A DNA stretch of 64,000 bases from Nageia nagi (Eukaryota; Plantae; Pinophyta), in contig JBITNC010000001.1 in assembly GCA_050084985.1 (NCBI GenBank), positions 148,676,001 through 148,740,000 on the forward strand, read 5' to 3'. The first letter of the stretch is position 1. Every line of letters starts with the position of its first letter. A program made the translations under genes and the position numbers. Below, one piece after another: positions 11,217-25,567 of this stretch. The notes beneath the pieces were generated by a model. That model was not told the origin of the DNA. It ran no database searches and saw only the letters and a list, made by a program, of their open reading frames with translations.

Positions 11217-14200
11217 GACTTTCCAAGATTGAAGAGCAAAAGGATATGTGTGAAGGGTGTGTTTTGGGAAAGCACACAAGATCAAAGTTTCCAAGAGGCA
11301 AAGCATGGATAGCCTCATACCCTCAACAATTGGTGCATTCCGACATATGTGGGCCTGTGCAAACACAAAGAATTGGTAAGAACTCATACTTCCTCACTTT
11401 TATTGATGATTTCTCAAGAATGTATTGGATTTACTTCCTTAAGCATAAACATAAATCTCTTGAATGTTTTAAAAAAAAATTAAAATCTTATTGAAAAGCA
11501 AAGTGGCTACTATGTAAAATGCTAAAGAACTAATAGGGGAGGAGAATATTGTTCACTTGAATTTTTACAATATTGTAAAGATTGTGGTGTGAGAAGGAAA
11601 CTCACAAATGCCTATACCCCACAACAAAATGGAGAGGTTGAACGTAAAAATAGGACTGTACAAAATTTGGCAAGAAGTATTTTACAATCTAAAAATTTAT
11701 CAAACATGTATTGGGCTAAAGAAATTAGGATAGCAATCTATATTCTAAATAGGAGTACTACTTCAAGTTTATAAGGCATAACACCATATGAAGCATGGTT
11801 TGAAAGAAAGCCAAATGTGTCACAATTTAGAGTTTTTGGTTTTCTTGCATATGCACATGTTCCCAAAGAACATAGGAGAAAGCTTGATCCCAAATATAAA
11901 GTATGCATTTTCATAGGATATTGTGAAGATACAAAAGGTTGTAGACTCTTCAATACAAAAACTCACAAAGTTATTGTTTCAAGAGATGTGAATTTTTATG
12001 AAGGGGGAGCATGGGGTCATCAAAAGATCTACGTTGATGGTGATTCCACTGAAGATATCTCAACAAATGCATAAAGCAAATATCATTCTAGCAAAAAAAA
12101 GCCATCCAATTCTTCTCAAGAATAGTCCTTCAATGATCAAGTGAGTTCTTCAAGCTCTTCTCCAAGATCTCCTTCAACACTAAGTGATAGAATAACATTG
12201 GAAGAGGCAAAAGAAAGTATAGGAAAATGGAAAAGAATACTTGCAAGCCACCCAATATCTTAAATGTTTGATAAAAAATTTCTTAGAAGAACTACAAGAT
12301 TCCAGACCAAAGAAATGGAGCAATTTGTTGACAAGCTCCAACACATGAAATTGTATGGTGATGAGAATGATGGTGAACCAAAAGGGGATGTGATAAATTA
12401 TGCTTTAATATCTTTCAATGATTTAGAACCTTTAAATTTTGGGCAAGATTACACTAATAATTTGTGGATGAAGGCAATGGAGGAGGAAATGCATTCCATC
12501 AAGAAGAATGATTTATAGCTTGTTGAGTTTCTATAAGGCAAAAAGGTTGTAGGCTCAAAATGGGTCTATAAAACCAAATATAACGTTGATGTAATAGTTG
12601 AAAAACTCAAGCAAGACTTGTTGCAAAGGGGTTCACTCAAAATATGGCATAGACTATGAGGAGATCTTTGCACCGATGGCTAGGCAAGAAACAATGAAAA
12701 TGTTCCTTTCATTGGCAAACCATAAAGGATAAAGTGTGCACCATATTGATATAAAAGTTCCATTTTTGAATGGCTATCTTGATGAGGAGGTTTATGTTCA
12801 ACAACCTCAAGGCTTTGAGATAGAAGGCAAGGAGAACCATGTCTACAAATTGAAAGAGCCAATGTATGGCCACAAACAAGCTCCAAGAGCTTGGTATTCA
12901 TGAATTAATAGCTACTTGCACCAAGTTGGCTTTGTGAGAAGCAAAAATGAGCCAACTCTCTACTACAAGAAGGAAGGTAATGACATTATTTTTGTTTGTC
13001 TTTATTTTGATGACTTAATTTACTTAGTTTGTACTCCTCAAACAAATGATGAGTTCAAAAATGCAATGATGAAAGAATTTGAAATGAAGGACCTTGGTTT
13101 GATGCACTACTTCCTTGGAATGTAAGTGCATCAACAAAATGATGAAATTTTTGTATGCAAAAGATATGTTAAAAAAATTGGTTGGGATAATTGTCAAAGT
13201 TTTACAACTCCAATTGCTCATGGAGTATAGCTGAGCAAAGATGATGGTATTGAAAAGGTAGACATCACCACATATAGAAGCATGGTATGGAGTCTCATAT
13301 TTCTCACCAACACTAAACTCGACATAACATGTGTTCTTTCACTTGTATCTAGATATATGAGTGACCCATCAAAATAACACCTAAAAGCAACTAAAAGGAT
13401 ACGTAGATATGTCAGAGGCACTCTTGATTTTGGCATCCATTATTGTAAAAGTGATGTTGTAAAACTTGTGGGCTATAGTGATTCTGATTAGGTAGCAATA
13501 TTGATTATAGGAAGTCCACATCCGACAATTATTTCATACTTGGTTTTGGTATGATTATTTGGTCATCTAAAAAGAAAACTACAAATGCATTGTCATCCAC
13601 AGTGGCTGAGTATATTGCAATCACAAGTGCTAGAGGACAAGCATTATGGTTGAGAAAGCTACTAAAAGAAATTGGTGAAAAACAAGGTGATCCTACAACT
13701 TTGTTTTGTGACAACATGAGTGCAATACAACTTGCATACAACCCAGTCCATAATAGCATGTCAAAGCATTTCAACATCAAGTACCACTTCATTTGAGATA
13801 TGGTAGAGAAGGATGTCATAGAGTTGCAATACATCCATACTGAAAAGAATATGGCTGATTTGTTCACCAAGGGAGTCTCCAAAACTTAGTTTTTGAAGTT
13901 GAGAAACTTCCTAGTAAGTCCCCTTGACATCTAGGGGGGGAATGTTGGAGTTGTGGCCCATCAAATGCATGATAACCATGAAGTACTAGCTCTATTCTCA
14001 ACCGATAGGGAAAGGTCTGATCAGCTCTCGCCAATCAGTGAATCGGTTAGGAATAGTCAATTGGCATATCAATTAGTCAATCAGTTTGCAACACACCATT
14101 TGTACTGTACATGAGCAAAAATGTGACAATATGGTAGTTTTACTTGAGTTTTTCTTGTGTGTGCGTGTTGTAGGTCAAGTTAATGGTTTTTTATGGTTGA

Positions 14201-14333
14201 TATAACATGTGTAGACGTAAAAGTACTATCCATGTTGATGTTCATATTGATTTTAGCTTGTTTTTTAGTGATTTGGATGTGGTGTGAGTTTCTTGTTTGT
14301 AAAATTGTGAGATTTGTAATCTAATTCCAAACA
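11217..14333 (+). mobile_element. 5'-truncated Ty1/copia retrotransposon (integrase-RT-RNase H, PPT, probable 3' LTR)
   Basis: Motifs: [95 protein letters not shown] at ~13933-13942 is followed by TGTTGG at 13943. The LTR end ...CCAAACA at 14333 is tentative. Confidence 0.9.
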
Positions 14334-14859
14334 TGGAACTAGAAAGCCATGTCTTTTGTTTTCAATCTTAATTCAATCAGTGCATAATCATTCTCTCAAT
14401 ATGTTTTTAATTGATCAATATAAATATCAAACAAAGTTGGAGATAGTAATATTGTAATTAATTTCTTCAAACTACTCTTTACTAGTTTTAAGTTTGGCAA
14501 TAATTTGGTTAAAAAGCCTATAAAGTGCAAATCTTAGTTTAGAAGGTATTATGTGTCAACTATACACTTTAAAAGTTTACACCTGTATCAAAGGCTTTTT
14601 TTTAATCCACAAACCAAGAAAATAAATTTAGGTATAGATTTGAATAACTTTGTACACAAGTAAATTTTGGTCTGTTTTGGTTACTATACTATATAATCAT
14701 CACTAAGGACACTCCTATTGAGGCCAAAGCTAAACAATAGATTGAGGCCATTTGAGATGAACAATAATTGCCTCAATTATTTTTCTTAGACTTACAAGTG
14801 TGATAAATAGGTCATGGTGTTGTTGCTTTTCAAACTGAATATGATGATGATGATGTCTT

Positions 14860-15905
14860 TTAATGTCCTTTAAACTCAATGGCTTGTAGGACCTATCAAA
14901 GTTTATATATATTATATTACCAAGCTTAAAAATTCATCTATCAAGTTGCAATTACAAATATCCTTATAATTTTGTTTGATGTCTTTGTATTTTGGATAAA
15001 TAAGGAGAAAGTAAATCTCATCTTGTATGGCATTTAAGTTATGATGCTTGCAAATTATGTTATGTTGTGGTGTTATAGGTATTTATCCATCTACGAGTTT
15101 CACTATGCAATTCATGTTAATTAATTCTTAACTTTGCAATCACAAGCTTCTTTTTGGGATTGATAATCTTATGTGGGTATGATGGATGTTCAAGTTTTGG
15201 ATTAATGATATTTTTATAGTAGGCTAGCTTTCTTTTATTTTTGATATTATGGCTCCAAAAATTTTGAAATATTTCATTTGCTAGCTATAATTTTAATTTA
15301 TCCCTGTCGGAAAGGGTTATTTTTTTATGTATGCCCCAAAAATCACATCACTTGTCAATTTTTTAGCCACCTTCTTTTAAGAAGATGAGGTAAGCAAGTT
15401 TGTTGGGCAATTACAAGCAACCTATGATGATCCAACTTTGATAGTTTATAATTGTAAAATATATCATCTTAGAACTTTGCTTTCAATTGGGGTTGAATAT
15501 GGACTATTGTAAACTTATTGTTAGTCCATTAATAATAATAATCATAATATAGATCTCTTTTTACCACCTTTTAAACCCATTGGTTTGTAGGACCTATCAA
15601 AGTGTGTCCAAAAGTTAATATATATCAATTAAGTATTTGAATGACTGTTTCTCATATAAAGAAAAACATTGAACAATGCACTCTTATGCCAAAAAAAAAT
15701 AAGAATACTACCAAAGACAATTGTCCACAATCATTCACATCCCCCGAATGAAAATAAATCATTGAAACAAAATTATAGAACCAGATGAAACATAATAGGT
15801 AGATAGATACGCAAGTCTTTTAATATCCTTTTAAACCCTATGGTTTCTAGGACCTATCAAAGTTTGTCTAGAAATAATTAAATGTCAATTAAGTATTTGA
15901 ATGCA
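14860..15905 (+). repeat. Three dispersed direct copies of a 45-90-bp motif (TTTAAACCCATTGGTTTGTAGGACCTATCAAAGT)
   Basis: Copies start near 14865, 15568 and 15828. The last two also share TCAATTAAGTATTTGAATG downstream. Confidence 0.6.
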
Positions 15906-18704
15906 ATAAATCATGCATTCATTAAATCATTTGTAAATCTATTAACATTGGGCAGTAATTCAGATTTAAATGTAACTATGTTTATATCATTAATAAATTA
16001 ACTTAGTACATCAAGTAACAAAATTGCTACCTTTCCAAAGGCATTCGTGACATCCCATCAAACATTTCATAGAGTCAGGTTGCCTATTACTGATAGTAAT
16101 CTCTTAACAAAGAAGAGATCATTACTTTTAATCATATTTCATCAATTGTTATGGATAGCCTTTTGTATTTCACCATATAGTGGACCAAACATCACTTTTT
16201 CATGTGGCTTAGGTTTTTAAATTCCTAGAGAACCTAAGGAAGCCCCACAAAAAAGCGAGTAGAAGGATTGTAAAGAAACTTGAGAATCTATTCAAAGGAG
16301 TCCAAACACACTTCGTTGCGCTATTCAAATTTGAATTGGACCTGAGATAAGAATTATCAAATATCCACCCTCAAATATATAAGAACTCTTGGTGCAAATC
16401 CTATTTGCTTAGACAAGAAAAAAGACAGCAATGGCGATTTTTCAAGGCATTCTTTGCATTTGGCAATTATTCCATGAGCTCAAATTGAAAAAGAATCAAC
16501 CTTCCTAAAGGTGGATTTTCAAAGTACTATTGCCATGGCAAAGTATTCAATTAGACTAGAGATGTAGATATTAGAGACATACTAATGGAACTTTAATCTT
16601 CTAATACTATTAACTGCAGGGAGTACTGTACTAATACCTTCCAACACAGTGAAATCTTTAATTTTCTTGTCCCCAGTCAGCCTTACAAGGCTTCTCTAAT
16701 GAAGTGATCAACATCACATTTCTTGTAATCAGTCAGTCTTCCAAGGTTTATCTAATAAAGGGTTTGAAAAGTTTTGCGCAAATATAGAGGTCTTTCTCCA
16801 ATCATATCATCATGTGATCTTTATTCTTATTCGCTGTTATTCAAGTGTGCACCTTACTAGGTTTGAGCATTCATCTCTTAAATCTGTGGACTTCTTTTTA
16901 ATTACCACGACATTGTATTACACATTTTTTGATTTATTGGTCATGCAATTCTGATATTTAAGTGATTGCCGAGTGTGTGGATGATAATGATTAATTTATT
17001 TTGGGGCCACACTGCAAATCCAAGTTATGTTTAGATCAATAGCTTTCCCAACAAGCTTCAATCTATTGTTTAAATAAATACCATAATGTGTAGTATGAAA
17101 TACGTGCATTTCTTAGTTGCCAAATGCACTTCTACATAGATCTCTTTAGCATAATTCTATTAGGGGCATTTCCATATTGCTTCGCTCATAAACTGTAATC
17201 CACAAGATGAAATCTTGCATTCAAATGTTTTCTCTTGTAAATAAACATATGTACTACCTATTCTCAGAAAGTGCGTATCTTAGACAATGATCTTGAGTAT
17301 GTTCAACTCGGCAGTGTATAAAAAAGTAACTATTCCCAAAATCCATGCAAATTGCAAAAAAGACACTGCACAATATGACCACTTCACAACTATGGGCGTC
17401 TATTCTAGAGGCAAGTCATAGGCGATTGAACAGTTTGATGTAAAAACGTAGGTTCAAATCCTCCTATAAGGTGTATATGACAACAGTTATGCGGATGTTC
17501 TAACATGAACATTTATATGTATCTAATCTTATATAACTTCCAAAACCCAAAAGAGAATGTTAGTTCTCCAGCATCAATATACTTGAAAAAATCTCTTGTT
17601 TGAGCTTAAACATGTGTTCTTGCAGACAATCTGCCTTCATATTTCAACAAAAATGTGCTTCTGAAAAGCTGATATGCATTCCCAGTGTAAAGCTTTTTAA
17701 TTCTAAATTTCTAACCGCTGGTTGCATTATGAAGAAGGGAATTACATTGTGAAGAAAAGAACTAATTCACAGCATGTGTACAAATTTTGAAAACAATGTC
17801 ACCACCAGATCTTGTTGAAAGGTTTACACCAATTTATAAAAACTTTCATTCAATGAAAACTTATGAATACCAGTATTTTCTTGCATGCTAATTTACCATA
17901 TATGGTGATCCATTATCAAATTTTAATCCCTGGAAATAATTTTATTTGCTAAATAAGAAACATAAATATACTGCACAGGGCATAGAGATCTTTACATGAA
18001 CTTCAAAAATAAGTCAAATCTTATTGAATATCATACTATTTAAATACACAGACAGTCAAGTTTAGAAAACATTTTATCTTGCTATGGAGAAACGGGAAGG
18101 ATAAAACTATATTTATTTCTTTACTGGAATCTATATTTTACATACTGAAAATAATGTCTAGCATCCCGTATCATACTGCAGGGTGGCTAACTAACATTTT
18201 TCTAGTGCTGGTTATATTATCAAAATATCAATAAAGTGACTAGCCTATTGTCAATCAGTCCGTGAAGACAGGTAAGACAGACAAAAAGAACAATAACATG
18301 TACAAAGAAATTTAGTATTACCTACTTTATGGACTAATACTGCATGAATACTCAAAAGAATAGCAGCAGAAGCATATGTACAAAATGTTGAATATCAAAT
18401 TCAAGATATGTAATTTGTGAGAATCCTATATTCGGAAAAAATTATTTCTTACCAGAAAACCTCAGACAGCATAATAATGCATCGATTCTATACTTGACTG
18501 GCATCTGCATATAATTCATTACAAGCATCTACCCTTTGTTGTCTAAATATTGTTAGCTGCTATGCCTCTGATAACTTCAATTCTAAAAAATTATTAAGTG
18601 AATTCAATCTAGAAACTTCAAATACATTTGTAGTAGCAACTGGAATCCTTAATATGTGCCTATAATATCAATTCATCCTGTCTGTTAGTATTGTTAGCTT
18701 AACA

Positions 18705-19413
18705 TCACCTCATGTTCAAATCAAGCTCTCCCACTTCTCTCCAGTCATCATGTATCCCATTACCTGATGCCACTTCCATATTTTGAAAGCGTCTATCATC
18801 AACTGTCTCTTGATCATGATCATCATTCAAAAAATCCTCAGAGGGATCAGCTTCATCTTCTCTCTGCAATGAACCCCAGTTATGCAGAATTTCTTCCATG
18901 TTTACACCTTGCTCATGCATCCCAGTCTCATGTGCAGTATGTTCTTCAGCTCTTGCTTTTACAAGAGCATCTACTCTAGCAGCTGCTTCTGCCCTGGCCA
19001 ATACTTCTGCTTGTGCTTGGGCCTGCGCTTGTGCTTGCGCCTGCGCCTGCGCCTGCGCCTGCGCTTGTGCTTCAGCCTTTGCCTGTTCTGCTTGTGCTAA
19101 AGCTATCCTCATTTTTGTTCTAGATTCAATTTCTGTCCTGGTATCCATCAGCTTTTGCTTTTCATCTTGAAGAATAGTTTGCTCTATCATCAATCTTTCT
19201 TCCGACCTCAAATCACCTTGAGCTCTCTTTCTCAAGAAGGTGTTGAAAGTGTGAATTTGTCTCTCAAAAGCAACATTTACTTCACCAATTTTAGAGATTA
19301 AGTTCTGCTCCCAGAGTTGAGAACGTGACAACATCTGACCTGTTGTGTCAGAATCTAAAATTCTATCATCCTCTTCAGTTTCATAGTCTGCCACAACATG
19401 GTAAGGCAAAAGC
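18705..19413 (-). CDS. BRIP: GLTSCR-domain SWI/SNF subunit (BRM-interacting protein BRIP1/BRIP2-like), exon 2 (last coding exon)
   Basis: Acceptor TGCTAAT..TTTTGCAG|G at 19414/19413. Encodes (R)LLPYHVVADYETEEDDRILDSDTTGQMLSRSQLWEQNL...RSEERLMIEQ...DDWREVGELDLNMR*. The phase-2 junction with exon 1 restores RPFASLEDACERLLPYH, the GLTSCR1 signature. Confidence 0.93.
19008..19070 (-). repeat. Coding hexamer repeat (GCNCAR)n encoding (AQ)10A
   Basis: The plus strand reads tgcttgtgcttgggcctgcgcttgtgcttgcgcctgcgcctgcgcctgcgcctgcgcttgtgc within exon 2. Confidence 0.9.
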
Positions 19414-21199
19414 CTGCAAAACAATTAGCATAGCTTGTTTCAAACGAACGGCAGAGTTTTATTTAGAACGGCACTTTCATACGAAAACATATCAACATAT
19501 TTTAACATTAATGTAGAAAAGATGTCCGCAATGGAACAAACTAACGGAAACAATCTTGGACCATGCAAGAACATACATTTCAGTCTGAAAAATACACACC
19601 TGGAATTTGTAAAAGTAAAGTAGATTTATAGTATGTGCAAAAGCTAGCTGCCTCATTGTAGTCAACAGCATTTATTATAGATCAAAGGAAACAAGTGACA
19701 ATTAAATTTCAACAACGCAGTTAATAACAGCTCCAACACCATGCTGATAGCAGATCCACAATTGCTGATATCAGATGCCAAAATTATGGTACCTGAGCTA
19801 TCTACTCTACTTTTCTGTAAATACAAAAAAAAAGAAGCAAAACCCTTCACCATAAATCCCGTGGCTGCTCGCAAGGCACGATATTATTATTTAAAGATGA
19901 ATGTCCGAATAAAATAACTGATAAGAAAACAACGTTTTTAATCATATATACTTTTCATTACAATTATTATCTCTGTTCATCAGTCAGCAGTTTTAAGCCT
20001 ATCTCTGCTGACAGGTTGGCTTGACCATAATTATGAAAAATTCAAAAGAATGCTCCTGCTTCTGTCAAATGCAATGTCTTAATGAAATAAAAATTAAATC
20101 ATTAACTGATGTCATAAATAATCAATATGATGATATTTGCAATGTTGTCGTCGCAAAACATAGGGCTCACTGCATAGCATAGCTTGTTTGCAGTGTTATA
20201 CAGAGTATAGGGGATGGGGATGGCAGAGAACGAGAGGCCAGTTGTAAAGGATGTCAAACAAGAAGACATGAAATAAATATATAAAATGTAATAAATATAT
20301 TTTCTTCCATATCTTTCAGCATAAATACATAATAAAAATTGATCTGTATCCTTATAAGCCTATGGCTTGCTTAGTTCATCAAATAAAGATTTTTTATACT
20401 TTTATTGCCCACATTAACATTGCATATGTATGTTGCGCAATACTGTAAATTTTGAAGAATAATAGCATGAATAAAAATGCACATACCTGCTCAAATGAGA
20501 CAACAAAAATTTATACCGGTTCCTCTTAGTGTGAGAGTACATCCAGTTTAATATGTGCTCTAAATTTTATTGACCAACATAGCATTACAATGATGCAAGA
20601 ATATGGAGAGAATATTGTTTCAAAACAGTCTATGAATCTCTTTCTCACTTCTGCAACACTCTTAACCTTTAGAATAACAACAATGGTGTCACCGAAATTT
20701 GTCAACAACAGTAACAATGGTGCTAACAGCAGTAACAACAACAATAACTTCAACAATTGATTCCACAAGCAGAAATAACCACATATTCACATCAAACTGT
20801 TTCCAACTGATTGTGCAACTTCTCAAACGAACATGAGCAATCAAATCGACCTTAATCGTTCAGTTTCTCACTTCAAATATTTGGATAGAACAACATCAGC
20901 ACCCTACCTAAAGGCCTGGAACAGCACCGACGGTTTGCTTCCTTCAAATCCAAATCAACAAACTAATGGAGTATGTTTGATTCCAAGTATAGAGACTCTT
21001 GGTGCATAAATCTTTGTTCATAGATGATCAAACTTCCGAATTGACCCATTTCGGATCACACCTCCTCCATGGAAAAGGCATTTGATCCCACAAATGTTTT
21101 AAGTATGGTGAAGATGAGGAATAGTTCCCCCACATAAGCTTTATCACGCCATTTAGCTTTAGTAGGCATTTGGCCTTTCAACCCAACCAACCAAATTTC

Positions 21200-23300
21200 T
21201 TACTTTTCTTTTTTGATTAATGGGTTAATTTTGTATTAATAAAAAAAAAAAAAGTTTATAAGGATCTTCCCAAACCTTAAACAAAGAAGTTCTGCTTTCA
21301 TTACATACTAAGCCTCTAAAAGAGACTATTGAACCCACTTGTTCTACTGCAATACAAAAAAAAAAAAAACTTTTCGCTTTACATAGATAGGGCATTAACT
21401 AAGACTAAGACTCCAAGAAGATCAATATACGACGAGCAACCACGCTTCTTGAAACAAAACTGGATATAGATTGCTAAAAAACTATAGAAGAGACCACCCG
21501 TAAGCTAGCTTAATTCATTTGCAACCTTGAGCACCTCAAAACTGTAGTTCCAGAGATCTGCTGCAATCTGTCATTCCTTAGTTTTTAACTATTCCTCTCT
21601 CAAGAAGTTCTGCTCAAGAAAGTTGTTTTTATAGAACTTAACATAGGTTCTCTTAAACATGACATCTTTGAATCTGGATTTTGGCCCAAGTCTTCATATT
21701 TTGTACTGCGTTCACCCTGCTTGCTGATTGCTTCTTCAAGCATTTCATTATGAATGTTGATGCTGAGAAGTTTCCTCTGTGGTTTTCCAAACACCTTAAC
21801 AGTTGCCAGAGGGCCAGAAAGTCCTTCTTTGGCTTAGACTCTATCTCCTTATCACAAGGAACCTGATTCTTATTCTCAGATATTAGTTGCCTTCGTTTCA
21901 GGTTCCATTTCTTTGAAACTTTTTCCGGATCTCGGCAAAGATTACTGATTTCTCTAATTCTGAATTCAGCAGGGGAACCTGCTCTTCCAAGTTGATGACA
22001 AGAGCACTATTCTTCCTGAGGTTGGAGTTGGATTCCTTGTCTTCTAATAAGACCCGTCTTCCCCTGTTTCTTTGAGGGGATGGCCCTGAATTTTGACTCT
22101 TGTCTCCCCCCCAATCTCCTTCCCTTTAGGCATAGGGTTCTCTTTCAAAAGATTTGCAACTCTCCTTGTCATTCTACCAAATGTGGATTTAGACTTAGAA
22201 CCTCCACTTGGAGAGACATTACGAGGTTCATTTTCTAAAGTTGTTGCATTCTCCTTACCAACCTCAAAAGGGGATACAGAATTGTCCATAGAGTCAGAGA
22301 GCTCCCTCAATTTACTCTCTTTGTTATGTTTTGCCTCTTTCATTGAACAAAGACTCTCCTCCAACAAACCCAATAGTCCATATGTTATTTTGATAGCTTT
22401 TGTTACTACCTCAGAGAAGAGGGCTAGCAGACCTTGCTCCACATGATCTAAAGCATATTGCTTAGAACAATCCGACTTTGTCTTGGGTACAGTCTCCACA
22501 ATTTGTAGAATGTTCTTCATTCTGCTTCTGGTTCAACCAGCCACTCCCGTCTGCATGTAAGAGGCCCTAGATTCTGGGTCTGGGCAATTTTCTTCATTAA
22601 TTTGTCCAGTAGAAGAACATCTTCCTCACTAGACACATGCTTCTGAAGAATCAGCTTTCGACGGGACCTCTTTGCCGTTGGTCCTTCCACTCTCTTTTCT
22701 CCTTTAAATGTCTCTAGAGAGTCTGCATCCATATTCATGAGCTCTGACCTATCCGGAAAACTAGGTCTCGTTTCTTTCACTACGATCTTTTGATCCCCCT
22801 TCTTCTTGAACAAAGTTTTCTTCTTCTGCATCACCTTAAGGGTTTTCTTTGATTTCCTACAACCCTTAGTTCTCCCTCCTTTCATTTCCCATTTTGTTGT
22901 CAAACTAAGCAGGACGTCTACCGCTTCAGCCTCTGCAGAAACTAAGGACTGAGCTGCATTCTCCTTCTCCCTACAAATTCCAACCATTTGTGATTCAAGA
23001 GCCTCTCTTTTTCATTTCTGCCATGTTCATTCAAAATTTATGTTTCAATCAAACCTGTTGGATTTTACACCGCTTCTTTGTCTACTTCTCACTCTTACAC
23101 AATGGAGTTGCTTTAGGTGCTCACCTGCTCTTTTTATATGTATTTTTTTTACAGTCTCATTGACTTTTTTTGGGTCACCCATAGACATTAATATCAAATT
23201 TCAAATTAATGAGGCCTCCAAACAGATTTTCAACATATCCAAAGAGATAATTTCAGAAGATGTTCATGGGCAGCGTCACTCCCTATCAGTAGAATAAACT
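21200..23300 (-). mobile_element. Probable retroposed/LINE-derived remnant with low-complexity ORF pieces and A-rich tail
   Basis: Consecutive minus-strand K/E/S-rich ORF pieces (22517-22987, 22044-22520, 21600-21794), a T-rich 3' region, and an A-rich tail (plus strand tttctttttt at ~21204-21214). No diagnostic domain was recognised. Confidence 0.35.
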
Positions 23301-25047
23301 TTGTAATATGCCTAACAAAGATTCTAAGTTACACTCGAAATCAGTAAATCTATGACAAGCTAAATTGCTTTGTTACTTTGAATTGCAGTTACCCGATTTC
23401 TGTATTGAGTGTCACATTATGCAAGCTAAGTTTTATACTTGGACGAATCATTCCTTTAACCAAAACCCACTCTCACACAAGTTTTTGATGGATTACGCAG
23501 TAAGTATGTGATCCATTTGGATACTGATTAGAGGGACTTGGCACTTTAACAGCATGGAACATTGTTGAAAGGCAAAGAAGTCAATGTTGAGAGCAGCAAG
23601 AGCAAGACTTGGTTTGAGAGAAAGATCATCTAAACCTGGTCTGAGACATAAACATACTGCTTGAAAGGAACAATATAAGATATAGATACATCATACTCAA
23701 AGGAAGAAAACAAAAAAGCCATTGCAAGTACAGAAATATTGAAGGAGTGATCATATGATAAGAGATGTCAAGGGCAATCAAATCTCAGAATAAATGATAC
23801 AAACCAAGAAGAAGAAATGAAGTTTGCTCAAGGAAATTGATAGGAAGACAAACAAGATGTTAAAAATATTTAGAAACCAAAAAAACCTCAACGTCAAAAG
23901 GATGACTTCAAAAAACTAATGAGCTAAAACAAAGGAAATAAAAAGCAGAGACAATCAATAAATTTGGAGGATCAACCACAAGAAGTGAAAAGAGAAACAA
24001 AGACAATTAAGGCGAGAATGGCTCCATCAAAAAAATTATAAATTGATGAGGTCAATGCCTGTAAAGGCAAAAGTAACTCCCATCAAAGACTGGAAGGGGA
24101 TCATCCTCACATAATAGGGAGGTGATGTACATCAGTTTCAAATCGGTACTAAATTCAAGAGATGCTGAATCAGCAAAAAAAAATTGAAAATGAAAGCGTG
24201 TTGTGTAAGCAAAAGTAACATGTTTGCTTAAGCAAAAAGCTCAGACATAAGAGGCAAGAATTTCTTTCATATGTCTACAGTTTGAAATGAGTTTAGAGAC
24301 TATGCCTGTTAAAACCAACATCCTAGTTCTACTAGGTACGTCTGACATTGATAAAACAATTGTAAGTAAGAAATATCACAGTAATCATAAAAATAGGGAA
24401 ATAACTTGATTATTGTAAGGTTTAAAGAGGAAAATAAAGAATAAATATCAAGAACAAACTTATCATTCTACTGATATTTTAAGTGTGCAATTATATAGTT
24501 AGTTAGAAGTGGTTGGCAAGCTATTATGGCAAACACCACTTATCATATGGATGTGAATAAAAATTTATGAGTGAAATGAAGGTTTGGCAAAGGACAAAGC
24601 AAAAGGCCAAGCCAGACCCTATTCTGATCTCCATCCCAGGGTTAATTATTTGTGTGTGGTGTAATTGCTTTGTGATATATTTCTCTCAGAATATCTTCAT
24701 AAATCTGATAAATGAGAGAATATTTCCCATGTAACTATAGGAACTTCATCTAAGCTTCATGAGGGATCATACTCCCATGTTATTGACAAGAAGTTCTTTA
24801 CAAATGAGGTATACAAACTTCATGGCATGCATTTATGGGATCTTGTTGGGTCTCACTATTCTCTATAAGCAATCCATGATGCAATTGTTAATCATTCTAT
24901 AACTCATAAATGAATATTTGAATGATGCACGCCAATAATTCGTTTCTAGTTTTGTGCAATTGCTATATAGATTGCTTTCATTCAAGCTCTCACTAGGAAT
25001 ACATTTAGGAGCTCACACTTAATTATTTATGGTTCAATCCTTGAAAG

Positions 25048-25379
25048 CATAGAATAAAAAAACAGTTTTTTGAAATACGGCTCGGGGCTAAATACATAAA
25101 AACGGCAAAAAAACAGTCAAAGTATGGTGAATACAGCAAAAATTCGCGGGTTTTAAAATTCGTGAATACAGAAAAAACGCCCAAAAAACGGCAGGTACAG
25201 CAAGTACGGAAAGGCTTTTATGTTTTTTTTGCGTTTTTTGGACGTTTAAATGGAAAAAACGGCAAATACAGAAAAAACGACCAGGTTTTCAACTTGTTTT
25301 CAACGTTTTTGGCACATTTTTAGCATTTTTTGAAGGATAATACGGACTTTTTGGAAAAACGACATTTTTTTATTCTATG
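25048..25379. mobile_element. hAT-type MITE (332 bp)
   Basis: 15-bp TIR CATAGAATAAAAAAA / TTTTTTTATTCTATG. Perfect 8-bp TSD CTTGAAAG at 25040-25047 and 25380-25387. Internal AAAACG/ATACGG subterminal motifs. Confidence 0.92.
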
Positions 25380-25567
25380 CTTGAAAGAACTATAAATCGA
25401 TTGGGATAAGTTCAACATCATGGCATTGGCGACATCAAGGCATGATGATAACTATCACTGAAAGTTCAAGGCTTTTATCTCCTAACTGTTGATGCTTCAG
25501 TAAGTTCTTAAGAATCAACAATATCCCTTGGGGTTGCATTTATAACATAAACAAAGAATGTCCATGG

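Noticed and set aside
17395-17470. tRNA gene suggested by GGTTCAAATCC
   Set aside because: Only a B-box-like motif; no convincing cloverleaf. At most a decayed SINE head.
18882-19170. Plus-strand ORFs with (AC)n or (LR)n repeats
   Set aside because: Antisense shadows of the (AQ)n coding repeat.
22044-22987. Additional BRIP exons or a nested host gene
   Set aside because: The BRIP domain is complete without them; the frames are broken and low-complexity, consistent with a retroelement remnant.
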